Below, piece after piece: positions 28,169 through 39,240 of a DNA stretch of 64,000 bases; within the stretch, counting starts at the first letter, position 1; every line of letters starts with the position of its first letter. A program made the position numbers and the translations under genes. This stretch comes from Coraliomargaritaceae bacterium (lineage in GTDB: Bacteria > Verrucomicrobiota > Verrucomicrobiia > Opitutales > Coraliomargaritaceae). A model generated the notes under the pieces. The model was given only the letters and a program-made list of their open reading frames with translations. It was not told where the DNA came from and did not search any database. Where the stretch lies: assembly GCA_965656495.1 (NCBI GenBank), contig CBFHKU010000001.1, forward strand, positions 178,781 through 242,780, in the 5' to 3' direction.

Positions 28169-30331
28169 ATGTTAGTCATAATAAATATGATTCGTAGTGG
28201 GCTTTTCATTCTATTGGGAGCATGTTTTTTTGCATTGGGTACATATCATGTTGTCCAATCACATCCATCCTTCAATTTTTGGGGAGTTGCCTTTGCGCTG
28301 CTTTGCTTGGCCGATTTTGCGATAAAAAGTCGTGCACGTTTACAAATCAGTTTGCCGGTTTTCTTAATTACCCTCGCTTATTGCATTACGCTTGGGACCA
28401 GTATTTTTTCAACCGACAACTACGAGAGCGCTTCCTATTCTTGGCAATATCTCTCGGTTTTGACTCTACTATTGGTTTGGTCGCAACCGGGGTTTAATTT
28501 TGGATACAGGCATGTAGTCAATTTTTTTAAGGCCCTGATATTTGTCTTTAGCCTATATTTATTAAGCCATCACTGTTTTGGTCTTAAATTTGGTTGGGGC
28601 TATCTTTGGTTAGGGGATCGTCTCATCCTAACTTTTGGAAATGCCAATTATCTGGCATCTTTTTTGGTGCTTACTTTGCCCTTACTTGTAGTTGAGGCGA
28701 ACCGATATCGTGTGAGCGACAAGGCATCATTCTTCATGGTGCTACTGCAATGGTTTTTTCCGGTAGCAAACTATCTCATGCTCTTGATGACAGGCTCGCG
28801 GAACGGTATAATGGTAGGTAGCTTTGTCTTGGTCTTGAGTTATCTCGGCTGTGAAAGGATTCGCTCAGGCAAATGGATTAGCCTGAAGGCCGTGGCTGCT
28901 TTATTTTTAATGATCATGACTGCGGGAACCTGGATGGCAGTTAGTAAATTTCAGGTACTTGACAAATTCATGTTATTGTTAAGCGGAGGAGGAAACAGTG
29001 CTTTTGGGCGCTTATCGATTTGGCAGGTAACTCTTGAAAAGGTTAGCAGCAGTCTTTCGAGCTTCCTTTTTGGTAGTGGCTTTGGCGCCCTGTATCCACT
29101 GAGTATGAGCTATAAGAGCGAAAACCTTCGCTACGACCTGGATGCCAGCGGATATCGTCATTGCCACTCAGAATACCTGGAAATCCTTTTGGAGGGAGGC
29201 GTTCTAAGCTTAGGCCTAATCCTATGCGCCATCGGCTTTTTCATTTGGACTTTCTATCGACAGCTTAGCAATTTAAAGGACGAGGAGGTGCACTACACCT
29301 TTCTGGCGCTGGCAGTCAGTCTTTTGGGTATAGCGCTCTTTGCGATGGTAACAGTTGCCTTGCGCTATATGGTGGTCTTAGTGCCCCTGGCTGTTTGTGC
29401 GGGGCTATATCTGGCAGGAATGGCACCCGCCTTTAAATTTGGCAAAAAATTATCTTTGATTTTGGTGGGGACTCTCTTGGTGCTCAATTTTTTCAGCCTT
29501 AAGGACAAGTATAATCACTATCGTTCAGACCTTTACCTTTATGATCACATTCTGGCTAACAGAAAGTTTGTCGCCGGAGTGGATGCATATTTGGAAAACC
29601 ACATAGATGATAGTCAGCAAATGACCAAGCCTCAGTCTCTGCGTGATCAAGAGGAAGTTTCTATTGAGTTTATCCGGAAGGCAATCCGGCAAAGCCCTGA
29701 GCGAATCGAACCCTATTACCATCTAATGCTGGCTTCTGCTTCTGCCGGAGAGTCCTTCCGTATGCAGGAAGTAGAAAAGACCTATGAAAAAATCGAGTCT
29801 TTGATTCCGTTCTTTAAAAACAACGCCACAATCTATGCGTACTTCCTTGCTAAAACAGGCGATTTTCAGGGTGCTCTATCAGTCATGGAATCTTTTTGTG
29901 AGCGTCGTTATTACAACATGGATTACCTCAGTGAGCTAATGTTTTATCAGAATCTGTGCGGCGATAAAGATGGATTATTAGAAACCTGCCAGGAGATGAT
30001 TTACCGAGTTGGTAAAGCTGAGTTAACCCGCCCGGGGACACATATTAAAGCAGTTACGAAAGCAGCGAATTATAATGTTATCTTCCACGTCTCTAAAGGA
30101 GAGAATACACAAGTGGCGCGACCCATCGCGATAAATGCCAAAAAGTTCGCACTAGGTATGCCTCCGAAGGTACTTTATAACCGGACCAAGTGTAGGGATT
30201 TCTGCGTGGCGGCATTGCAACGAGTGCTGAGCGATTATGTGGAAGTCTCTGGGGAGCCACGCTTTACTCACGCCCTCCGCTCGATTAATCAGGATTTTGT
30301 CCATCAGTTGCTTACCGGACAATTAAGGTAG
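28169..30331 (+). CDS. O-antigen ligase / O-oligosaccharyltransferase family (Wzy_C) membrane protein with helical C-terminal domain
   Basis: Many TM helices. TFGNANYLASFL, MTGSRNG, GRLSIW, FGSGFG, HCHSEYLEILLEGG. Start may be 28187. Confidence 0.82.
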   Translation: MLVIINMIRSGLFILLGACFFALGTYHVVQSHPSFNFWGVAFALLCLADFAIKSRARLQISLPVFLITLAYCITLGTSIFSTDNYESASYSWQYLSVLTLLLVWSQPGFNFGYRHVVNFFKALIFVFSLYLLSHHCFGLKFGWGYLWLGDRLILTFGNANYLASFLVLTLPLLVVEANRYRVSDKASFFMVLLQWFFPVANYLMLLMTGSRNGIMVGSFVLVLSYLGCERIRSGKWISLKAVAALFLMIMTAGTWMAVSKFQVLDKFMLLLSGGGNSAFGRLSIWQVTLEKVSSSLSSFLFGSGFGALYPLSMSYKSENLRYDLDASGYRHCHSEYLEILLEGGVLSLGLILCAIGFFIWTFYRQLSNLKDEEVHYTFLALAVSLLGIALFAMVTVALRYMVVLVPLAVCAGLYLAGMAPAFKFGKKLSLILVGTLLVLNFFSLKDKYNHYRSDLYLYDHILANRKFVAGVDAYLENHIDDSQQMTKPQSLRDQEEVSIEFIRKAIRQSPERIEPYYHLMLASASAGESFRMQEVEKTYEKIESLIPFFKNNATIYAYFLAKTGDFQGALSVMESFCERRYYNMDYLSELMFYQNLCGDKDGLLETCQEMIYRVGKAELTRPGTHIKAVTKAANYNVIFHVSKGENTQVARPIAINAKKFALGMPPKVLYNRTKCRDFCVAALQRVLSDYVEVSGEPRFTHALRSINQDFVHQLLTGQLR

Positions 30332-31228
30332 GGAAGCGTCTGTGGCGTCATCTGCCGTTTCGGGCAAAGTTGACATTTCGCGGGGCTTATAAGACCAATC
30401 AATGCCAAGCTCGCGCAGTGCCGTCTCAAGTTCCAGCGCCAGGCTTGCCTCCTCAGAAATGTCATCACGGCGGCCAAGGATTTTTCCTTCAGAATCAACC
30501 AGAACAAGGCTGGTGGCATCATTCGTGCGGTGAGCAAGACTCTCAATATATCCGGCGCAGAGATAGGGCGCAATGAAAGGAACCGGCAGTATGACGGTGT
30601 AGGCAAAATCGTAGTACATTTTGCTTTTAGGAAGAATGACGCACTTGATTTGGGGAATCTGGATTAAAAGTTGGAAATGTGCGCGGCCCAGATCCAAGAG
30701 CTGGGAGGCAGTTGCTTCGGTATAATCACCCAAGTAAACCAAGGCGTAAAGGCGGGTATCGACCATTTGCTCTAATTTCACCGGACCGACTCCATGAGGA
30801 GGTCCAAAAGCCATGAGTTTGTTGCCGATTTGTGCGGTGAGATTTGGATGCTCTTTCCGTGCCTCTCCCTTTAACAGATCCATTACTTGCATGTAAAAGT
30901 TGGTTTTTTCCGGAGATATGGTGCGGACTCCAAACCTGCCGAAGTCAACCACCAGATGCCTGCCTTCGCAGCGTTGTAGAACGCCCCGGACATTAGTCGG
31001 AACTTTTTCTCCTGTTCTGAAACAGGCGGTGTCAGCTTCGACTGAAATATAAGTGGGCCACAGGATGGATGGGATTCTCTCGATTAAGTTCTTATGGGGA
31101 TCAAAAATTGAAGGCGGAAGGATGGGGCTGGTGTCGGAATTTGCCAAGGTTTCGGCAGCGATAGAAGGCGATGCCGAGATGGCGACAATTAGTAAACCGA
31201 TAGCTAGATGCTTTAGGCCAAGAATCAT
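30323..31228 (-). CDS. Hypothetical exported protein, possible C-terminal thioredoxin-like fold lacking CxxC
   Basis: Signal peptide (SIAA). RLYALVYLG...LVLVDSEGKIL pattern. Tightly linked to the upstream gene. Confidence 0.6.
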   Translation of the reverse strand: MILGLKHLAIGLLIVAISASPSIAAETLANSDTSPILPPSIFDPHKNLIERIPSILWPTYISVEADTACFRTGEKVPTNVRGVLQRCEGRHLVVDFGRFGVRTISPEKTNFYMQVMDLLKGEARKEHPNLTAQIGNKLMAFGPPHGVGPVKLEQMVDTRLYALVYLGDYTEATASQLLDLGRAHFQLLIQIPQIKCVILPKSKMYYDFAYTVILPVPFIAPYLCAGYIESLAHRTNDATSLVLVDSEGKILGRRDDISEEASLALELETALRELGIDWSYKPREMSTLPETADDATDASLP

Positions 31229-31230
31229 TT

Positions 31231-31995
31231 TTAGCGAAGGAATTGTGGAAGTTTTCCGGATGGATTATGAACTTTATTGCTGCGGCGGATCTTTAAGGGC
31301 ACGTATTTTTTGTCGGTGGCATTGGAAGCCCCTGACCCAGAGGTATTTTCAATTAGGTTATTTTCGGTTCCTGATGGGGTGTTTGAAGCGAATGCAGTCG
31401 TGCCTCGGTAGAGAAAGTTTAGGGTCGACCTATTAGAATGCGGAGATTCGTTTGTGTTTGCTGTACGAGTGGTATTGTTGATGGTGGCAGAATAATCACT
31501 AATGATTACCTGCCCCCGATTCGAAGCCCCATCCGACAAGTCAACATTCTCAGTATTGGCGTCCTGTATTCGAACTCCTGAAGGAGTGCTGCCATTTTGT
31601 CGCCCACCTGCCAATGGGAGATTGTAGCTTTTTGTTCGGGATACAATTAGAGTATCGTATTTGTGCCCCTTGTAATCATAGGTGATGGTTTCGCTGAGGG
31701 GATCAAAACCGACTATGGTGAAACCATTAATATTTTCACCCAATGAAAGCCAAAGTGATTTTTTTGATTTCTTATCATAAATGCTGAACTTGTAGTCGTC
31801 ATTAAGAACGATGAATCCCTTGAGTTCAAACTGTTGCTTTTGGGGATCTACTGAAGGTTTGGGGGCTGGGGGTTTGGCCAGCGGAATGGGTTCTTTATAC
31901 GGTACAAATGGAGAGAATTGCGCGATGCCACCATTGCTACTCAAGACTGCCATCGCTACCGCACCCGCACAAGCATATGTAAAAATTTTGGACAT
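31231..31995 (-). CDS. Hypothetical exported protein with GspC/PilP-HR-like small beta domain
   Basis: SPF...Pro-rich...FELKGFIV...FSIYD...WLSLGENINGFTIVGFD pattern, then a disordered tail. Confidence 0.5.
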   Translation of the reverse strand: MSKIFTYACAGAVAMAVLSSNGGIAQFSPFVPYKEPIPLAKPPAPKPSVDPQKQQFELKGFIVLNDDYKFSIYDKKSKKSLWLSLGENINGFTIVGFDPLSETITYDYKGHKYDTLIVSRTKSYNLPLAGGRQNGSTPSGVRIQDANTENVDLSDGASNRGQVIISDYSATINNTTRTANTNESPHSNRSTLNFLYRGTTAFASNTPSGTENNLIENTSGSGASNATDKKYVPLKIRRSNKVHNPSGKLPQFLR

Positions 31996-32012
31996 GATAC
32001 GAATTCTTGGTA

Positions 32013-32798
32013 CTATCCCTCTAGTGATTGGTTTTTGGGTTTATTTTGCTCAAAGTACTCATCGTATATACCTACACCTTTTGTAATATTTTCAATCCGC
32101 AAAATTGAATCTCGTGCTTTCGCAGAACTGGTACGGATCTTTGTAGGATGTTTTATACCATCTACATCCGTATAATCTTCAAGCCATTTCGTCGCTACCA
32201 TTGAGCCATCCTTTATTGTTTCTATTGATGATACAAAGAAATCCTTGTCGTTCAAAGAAACTACATAGTAATTATCCTTCGTTTTCCTTTCAGGGAAAAC
32301 CGCAATCTTGTATTGGTAAGTGTTGTCAGGTCTCTTAACCGCTTCAGTGATCTCCAGTTTGTCGGCTGTCTGCATATAGTGCATGAGTTCGGGCAGGATG
32401 ATTGACTCCGCAATTAAATCGTCGCGAGCACTATCATCCAGAGGCTTTTTGATGAGAGGCATGGTTCCGCTTGGGCGAATCGCCATCCAGGCATTCTCAT
32501 TGTCCAAAGCGCGTATAAACTGCAATGTCTCATCTTCCTTTCCATATGGGACCGGCACAGTTAACGTTACGCGTATTTGTTTGGGTATTTTTTTGACCAT
32601 TACGAAGTCGACCGGGCTATCGTCGCCCTGAGCGATAGTGCCGGAAAGCTTAATGCTGGCAACTTCATTCCACGAGCGCCAACCACCCATCGCAGTTACG
32701 TGCCCTTGAAGGATTTTTCTCAGCTCCAATGCCTCACTGCGTCCGGTTGTAACCGTTACCGTGGCAAGAAAAGATAGTATTAATAATGATATCTTCAT
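32013..32798 (-). CDS. Exported LolA-like / outer-membrane lipoprotein-sorting-family protein
   Basis: Signal peptide. ILQGHVTAMGG...W..VASIKLSGT...KKIPKQIRV...DYTDVDGIKHPTKI...IYDEYF pattern. Confidence 0.6.
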   Translation of the reverse strand: MKISLLILSFLATVTVTTGRSEALELRKILQGHVTAMGGWRSWNEVASIKLSGTIAQGDDSPVDFVMVKKIPKQIRVTLTVPVPYGKEDETLQFIRALDNENAWMAIRPSGTMPLIKKPLDDSARDDLIAESIILPELMHYMQTADKLEITEAVKRPDNTYQYKIAVFPERKTKDNYYVVSLNDKDFFVSSIETIKDGSMVATKWLEDYTDVDGIKHPTKIRTSSAKARDSILRIENITKGVGIYDEYFEQNKPKNQSLEG

Positions 32799-32936
32799 TT
32801 TAAAATGCCTACATCAAAGTGAAGGCATAAATGTTTATCCAGTGTAATAATGTAAATTTAAGGTTACGCATGAACGATAAAATTTGCCTAAAGAAGCCTT
32901 CCATTTTAGCTTTATTGGTAATTAAATATCTAGCTT

Positions 32937-33719
32937 ATGATAAAGTATATAACAGTGTTAATGGCCTTAGGCGTACAGGTAGCTCACTCCTCGGAGACGT
33001 TCAAAGAGCGAATCCTTCTTGCAGGTTGGGACTTTGCATCTCCATCCTCTATTTCTGTTGCTACTGTCAATTTCCACGCTGAGCGTGGAACGGGTGCTGG
33101 CGCCGCCACTTTGGAGACTACGGGTCGATTTGGATCAACGCCAATGCGGCAGATTGGTGAACCCAAGCCTCAAGTAAGATTTATTGGTCACGGTCGAAAA
33201 GCGACCGCACCGCAGGCAAATGCAAACTTTGATAAATCCTGGACTTCCTTTCCCCCGGCGGTCGGTAACGGGCAACAATGCTTAGCTTTCTTGAATTTTT
33301 CTGAAGACTTTAGTTTTGTTTTAAAATTGGCAAGCTTGCCGGAACTGTACAGTCGTCATCAGTTGCTGGTTATGTTTGATTGGTTTAATTCGGTAAGCAC
33401 AGGTGCTCCTCTCGGTGACTTTCTAAATATTTCCTACAGCAGCGATGGCGTAAGTTGGACGGCTTACAAGCCCAATGGAGTCAATTCTTTACTGGCGCCG
33501 GAAACTTACTTTGCCTTTGAAAGTACCGATCGTTGGGCCTCATCCAATGAGAAAAGCGCGATACACAAAATGCTTGATGGACAGGAAAACAGTAACCTTG
33601 TTTTGCCCGCGAAAGTTAACAATCAGCCGATCACTTTTATTCGTTTTGAAGTCACTGCGCCGGAAACTCCCAAGGGGATGACGTGCTTTGACAACCTTGC
33701 GGTTTACCTCGTTAAGTAA
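32937..33719 (+). CDS. Secreted paralogue 3 of the PEP-CTERM passenger domain, without sorting signal
   Basis: Shares LLAGWDF, TxGxxGS, QVRFxxxGR, FD, GQ, FDW, YSSDG, LDGQ, IRF and DN motifs with 26320-28088. Ends at YLVK with no PEP/TM/basic tail. Confidence 0.8.
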   Translation: MIKYITVLMALGVQVAHSSETFKERILLAGWDFASPSSISVATVNFHAERGTGAGAATLETTGRFGSTPMRQIGEPKPQVRFIGHGRKATAPQANANFDKSWTSFPPAVGNGQQCLAFLNFSEDFSFVLKLASLPELYSRHQLLVMFDWFNSVSTGAPLGDFLNISYSSDGVSWTAYKPNGVNSLLAPETYFAFESTDRWASSNEKSAIHKMLDGQENSNLVLPAKVNNQPITFIRFEVTAPETPKGMTCFDNLAVYLVK

Positions 33720-33756
33720 GCGCCGCAGGGTTTAATTCTGACTCTTGGCGGCGCGT
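33720..33756. repeat. 37-bp imperfect direct repeat, detached copy of TPR gene 3' end
   Basis: Matches 33812-33848 with 4 mismatches. Exact 19-bp core CTGACTCTTGGCGGCGCGT. Minus strand reads RAAKSQN-stop. Confidence 0.85.
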
Positions 33757-33811
33757 GATCCGGTTCCCGTGTAGCGGGCCCGGTCATGTCGCTTCGTTCG
33801 GAACACCGAAC

Positions 33812-33848
33812 GCGCCGGAGGGGTTAACCCTGACTCTTGGCGGCGCGT
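33812..33848. repeat. 37-bp imperfect direct repeat, copy overlapping the TPR gene stop
   Basis: Minus strand reads RAAKSQG-stop plus 12 nt. Period is 92 bp to the other copy. Confidence 0.85.
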
Positions 33849-35197
33849 TCCACGCGGGCGGTGTAGTCCTCGAGGTTCTGCTCGGGTTTAAGTTGGAGGG
33901 CGCGTTTGAGGAGGGGGAGGGCATCGCGGTATTTGGCGTTGCGGACGAGGGTTTGACCGTGGGCGATGAGGGCCTGGCGTTCGAAGGCGTTGATCTTGGC
34001 GGCTTGTTCGTAGCGGTTGATGGCCTCGGGAAGCATGTCCTTGTCGGCGTAGTAGTTTGCGAGCTCGATGATTGCTTCGCCGTTGAGGGCGTCGCGTTCG
34101 ACGATCTTGTTGAGGATCACCACGGCGGCATCATCATTGCCCTCGGCGCGGGCAATCTTGGCTTCCTGATTGAGGAGTTCAAGGTCCTGCTCAGGGCTCA
34201 GAGTAAGCGCGTTATTTTTGCGGATGTCTTTAATGAGGTTGGCGGCCTGCTCGAAGTTGGTGGAGCGGGTGAGGATGTTGGTGGCGCGGAGGAGGGCATC
34301 GACATCCTGCGGTTGTGCCATCTCGACCGCGCTGAGGTAGGCGTCAAGGGCAAGGTCGGGAATGGTGTTGTTCATGTAGATGTCGCCGAGAAGGGTGAGG
34401 GTGGAGAGCTCGGCTTTGCCCATGCGGCGGACGACTTCAAGGTTTTGCGCGGCGCGGAGGGATTGTTCGTTGCCGATGAAGGCGTTGCTCTGGAGGAGCC
34501 AGAAGTCGCTGTTGTCGGGCTCGTCTTGTAGGAGGGTGTCAAAAAGGCTGATGGCTTCGTTGTAGCGTTCGGTTTCGAGGAGGCAACGGGCGAGGCCGAT
34601 TTTCCAGTCTTTCTGGTCGGGTTGAATGAGGATGGCCTGGCGGTAGGCTGCTTCGGCGGGGTAGTATTTGCCTTCGGTGAGGTATCCGTAAGCGAGGAGG
34701 CCGTAGGCGCGTCCGTCGACTTCACCGAGTTCGAGGGCTTTGGCGATGCTGGGGATGGCGTCCTTGAAGTTGCCGCCTTGAACCTGCACGAGGCCGAGGT
34801 TTTTGTAGGCGCGGCGGAAGTTGGGGTATTTTTTGACGGCGGTTTTGTAGAATTGTTCAGCCTCTTTGAGGTTGCCTTCCTGGAAGTAGAGGTTGGCGAG
34901 GATGAAATCGAAGGCGGCGCTGCTGCTGGTCTTAACCTGAGGGCGGAGCTGGGCGATCGCGGCCTTGGGGCTGGCTTTGATGAGGTCGATCAAAGCGCGG
35001 AGGGCTTCCTTTTCCTCGTCGGAAATTTTCGGCTCGTATCCGATGAGGAAGGCATAGCTGCCGATGAAGGTTTTGACGAATTCGGGATCATTCCAAAGTT
35101 CGGCGCCGGGATTTGTGGCGGAGCGCTGGGCGTGGAGGCTGGAGGCGTTGAGCGCCAGTCCGAGGACCAGAAGGAGGAGGCAGTGGATCGTTTTCAT
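33824..35197 (-). CDS. Periplasmic TPR protein (TtpD-like position in TonB operon)
   Basis: Signal peptide (SLHA), many TPR motifs, last gene after tonB. Confidence 0.85.
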   Translation of the reverse strand: MKTIHCLLLLVLGLALNASSLHAQRSATNPGAELWNDPEFVKTFIGSYAFLIGYEPKISDEEKEALRALIDLIKASPKAAIAQLRPQVKTSSSAAFDFILANLYFQEGNLKEAEQFYKTAVKKYPNFRRAYKNLGLVQVQGGNFKDAIPSIAKALELGEVDGRAYGLLAYGYLTEGKYYPAEAAYRQAILIQPDQKDWKIGLARCLLETERYNEAISLFDTLLQDEPDNSDFWLLQSNAFIGNEQSLRAAQNLEVVRRMGKAELSTLTLLGDIYMNNTIPDLALDAYLSAVEMAQPQDVDALLRATNILTRSTNFEQAANLIKDIRKNNALTLSPEQDLELLNQEAKIARAEGNDDAAVVILNKIVERDALNGEAIIELANYYADKDMLPEAINRYEQAAKINAFERQALIAHGQTLVRNAKYRDALPLLKRALQLKPEQNLEDYTARVERAAKSQG

Positions 35198-35226
35198 GCT
35201 GTTCTTGGATTTGTGGAAATTAATAT

Positions 35227-35886
35227 TTAACTAATGGTGTAAGGGATGGTGACGCGGGTACGGGTCTTGACTTTGCGTCCGTCTTTTTCGCCGGGGGTGA
35301 ATTTCCAGCCGCGGATCGCGTCGATGGTGGGTTTCTCAAAGACGGGGTCGGAGGAGCGGGTGATGGTCACCTGCATGACGTCGCCTTTTTCGTCGATAAT
35401 GAACTCAGCGGTAACGCGGCCCTGCAGGCCTTGGCGGCGGGCGGCGGGCGGGTAGCGGGGGGAGCCCTGGCGGCGGGGCATCGGTTTGTTTTCGAGGTCA
35501 TTGATGTCAAAGATATCGAGTCCGCCGAGATCCTTGGCATTTACGTCAAAAGTGGGGAGGGCAAAGTCTCCGGCGAGGGAACCACCGGTGCCGGGTTCAA
35601 GCGCCATGTCGAGTTGCTCAAGGGAAATGGGTGGCGGTGGGGTTTCGAGCTCAGGGGGCGGCTCTTCCTCTTCCGGTTCCGGCGGCGGGGGTGGTTCCTC
35701 GGGCGGCGGTGGTGGAGGCGGCGGCGCGATCTCTAGTCCTTCGATGGATTCAGGCGCCTTCTCGTACTCCATGAAGAGCTGCGTCAAGGGAATCGCCAGA
35801 AAGAGGAGAAAGCTGATGGCAATGCCAAACTGAGCACTCTTTCGGAGTGTGTCTTTACCTTTGGGCGGGTGGTAAACTTTGGCCAT
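35227..35886 (-). CDS. tonB: Energy transducer TonB
   Basis: TM anchor, poly-Pro/Glu linker, [16 protein letters not shown]...WKFTPG TonB_C domain. Confidence 0.93.
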   Translation of the reverse strand: MAKVYHPPKGKDTLRKSAQFGIAISFLLFLAIPLTQLFMEYEKAPESIEGLEIAPPPPPPPPEEPPPPPEPEEEEPPPELETPPPPISLEQLDMALEPGTGGSLAGDFALPTFDVNAKDLGGLDIFDINDLENKPMPRRQGSPRYPPAARRQGLQGRVTAEFIIDEKGDVMQVTITRSSDPVFEKPTIDAIRGWKFTPGEKDGRKVKTRTRVTIPYTIS

Positions 35887-35909
35887 GAAAAGAGGAGCAG
35901 CGCTGGGAT

Positions 35910-36308
35910 CTAGCGTTTGGTGGAGAAATTGATGGATTTGGCGCCGGCGAGTTTGGCTTCGCCATAGACGCGGGCAAAGATGCCGTGGTTGGCGCCTTCA
36001 TCCGCTTGGATGATGACGGGGAGGTCTTCGTTGAGGGTGAGGCGTTTCACGATGGGGGAGACGCCGCTGATGCCGATATCGCGCCCGCCATAAATGACTT
36101 TGTTGTCTTTTGTGACGGCGATGAGGATGCTGTTTTTCTCGAGTTGGACAGCTGCGGCGGCTTCGGGTTTGTTGACCTCGACCCCGGTTTCCTCGACGAA
36201 GACGGTGGTCACGATGAAAAAGATGAGGAGGATGAAGACCATGTCGATCATGGGCGAGAGGTTGATCTCGACATTATCGTTGTCGTCGGAGGCAAGGTTG
36301 CGGCGCAT
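35910..36308 (-). CDS. exbD: Biopolymer transporter ExbD
   Basis: [33 protein letters not shown]. Confidence 0.95.
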   Translation of the reverse strand: MRRNLASDDNDNVEINLSPMIDMVFILLIFFIVTTVFVEETGVEVNKPEAAAAVQLEKNSILIAVTKDNKVIYGGRDIGISGVSPIVKRLTLNEDLPVIIQADEGANHGIFARVYGEAKLAGAKSINFSTKR

Positions 36309-36351
36309 GGTATTGGAGTTTGAAGTTTGTCGTTTGGAAGACCTCGATTGA

Positions 36352-36954
36352 TTAATCGAGTTTTAATTTGGTAAGGCTGATGGATTCGATGCGGGCAAGG
36401 GCGGCTTCAACGGCGTGCTTGCGGCGGCGAATGATGAGCGTCAGGAAGATGCCCGGGAGGGCTATAAAGAGTCCGGTTTGGGTGGTTATGAGGGCCTCGG
36501 AAATACCTTCGGCAACTTTGGCAGCGGTTTCGGAGCCACCGCCACTGGAGATTGCGGCAAAGGTCCCCAGCATACCGATGACGGTCCCGAGGAGCCCCAT
36601 GAGCGGTGCGGCGGCGACGAGGGTGGTGAGAAAGATGAGGCGGCGCTCGATGTTATGGAGCATGGACTGCCGGATTTCCTCGAAGCGGTTGCGCACATGC
36701 TTGGAGCTGGAGACGTTGTCCTGGGTATAGCGGATGATTTCGCCGACGCGCCCGGAAGCCTTTTGCGGTTGGTCGACCCAATTGTTCCATTCATCTTCAC
36801 GGCCGAGCTGGATATTTCCTTTGCTCAGGAACAGGAGGAGTTGGATGCCATTGGTGTAGATAAGGAGCGCCAGCAGGAAGAGGGGCACCATGACCCATCC
36901 GCCGCTTTTCCAGATGTCAGCGCATTTAAAGAATATATCTAAGATGGAATCCAT
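36352..36954 (-). CDS. exbB: ExbB proton channel
   Basis: [39 protein letters not shown]. Confidence 0.92.
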   Translation of the reverse strand: MDSILDIFFKCADIWKSGGWVMVPLFLLALLIYTNGIQLLLFLSKGNIQLGREDEWNNWVDQPQKASGRVGEIIRYTQDNVSSSKHVRNRFEEIRQSMLHNIERRLIFLTTLVAAAPLMGLLGTVIGMLGTFAAISSGGGSETAAKVAEGISEALITTQTGLFIALPGIFLTLIIRRRKHAVEAALARIESISLTKLKLD

Positions 36955-36981
36955 AGAACCCGTAGGTTGAAGGCCGGAGCG

Positions 36982-38385
<1,404 letters not shown>

Positions 38386-38406
38386 GGTGCTGCTTAAAGT
38401 TGGGCG

Positions 38407-39168
38407 TTATTGGATGCTGGCAGGGATTTCAACAAACTGGATTTCTTCGATTCCTTCGTAGATATCGAGGAGTCGCTTGATTTCTGGTCCGACACCTTCG
38501 ATTTGTGTCCATTCCCAGGAATCGGCGCCGGGCTTGCCAACACCGGCGTAGGAACCAGAGTTGTCAACGAAGTAGGCTTGGGCGAGGCCCCAGTAGAGGG
38601 TCGTGACTTGCACGACTTTGCCCTCGGCGATTTCGCGGGATTCGTTGCTTAGGGTGATGGTCGAGTTGAATTTATCTGCCTGGCTCAGGATGCCGACGAC
38701 ATTTTGAACGCGCTCACCGAGGGAGAGTTTGGTGTTATTCGAATCGTTGGGGAGGCGGCGAATGAGGGGTTTGATTTTTTCCACAAGCGGCTCGGGGAGG
38801 GTCGCGAGGATCGCTTTAACCTTTGTTTCGAGCGCTCCAATATTTGCTTTAACCACCGAGGCGGCGGCGGTTTGTCTATCCTTTTCCTCTGAAAGGGCAG
38901 CGCGGTCCGCGTCGGCGGCGGTCGCGGATGCTTCGAGGTCGTCAATCGCGGCATTCATCCGGTCCAACTCTCTTTGAAGCAGCACTTGGGTGTCTTCCAG
39001 GATGGACTTTTCCAGACGCCAGTCGCTTTTTTCCTCGGAGAGGATTTGCTTGGTTTCAACCCACTGGTCGAGGACATTACGGGTTTCCCCGATGGGGTCA
39101 TCGCCATATGCCGGAAGGATGCAAACTGCGGCTGCAATTGCACAGATGAATTTGTTTTTAGTTTTCAT
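38407..39168 (-). CDS. DUF3450-like (TtpB-like) periplasmic coiled-coil protein
   Basis: Signal peptide, long heptad region, LYWGLAQAYF...W motif, first position in the ttp-type TonB operon. Confidence 0.75.
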   Translation of the reverse strand: MKTKNKFICAIAAAVCILPAYGDDPIGETRNVLDQWVETKQILSEEKSDWRLEKSILEDTQVLLQRELDRMNAAIDDLEASATAADADRAALSEEKDRQTAAASVVKANIGALETKVKAILATLPEPLVEKIKPLIRRLPNDSNNTKLSLGERVQNVVGILSQADKFNSTITLSNESREIAEGKVVQVTTLYWGLAQAYFVDNSGSYAGVGKPGADSWEWTQIEGVGPEIKRLLDIYEGIEEIQFVEIPASIQ

Positions 39169-39240
39169 GAATTTTGTTTTGGGCTCAAATTTGTGCTTTA
39201 GAGGGGTGCTGAGTCTAAATCGCTTAATTAAAATGGGTTA

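Noticed and set aside
33720..33848. Two 37-bp repeats with a 55-nt spacer as a mini-CRISPR
   Set aside because: Only two diverged copies, the repeat is the coding end of a gene, and no cas genes are present.
19268..33848. Classical integrative element, prophage or IS
   Set aside because: No integrase, transposase, phage or conjugation gene is recognisable. The two duplications are unrelated in sequence, so they are not attL/attR of one element.
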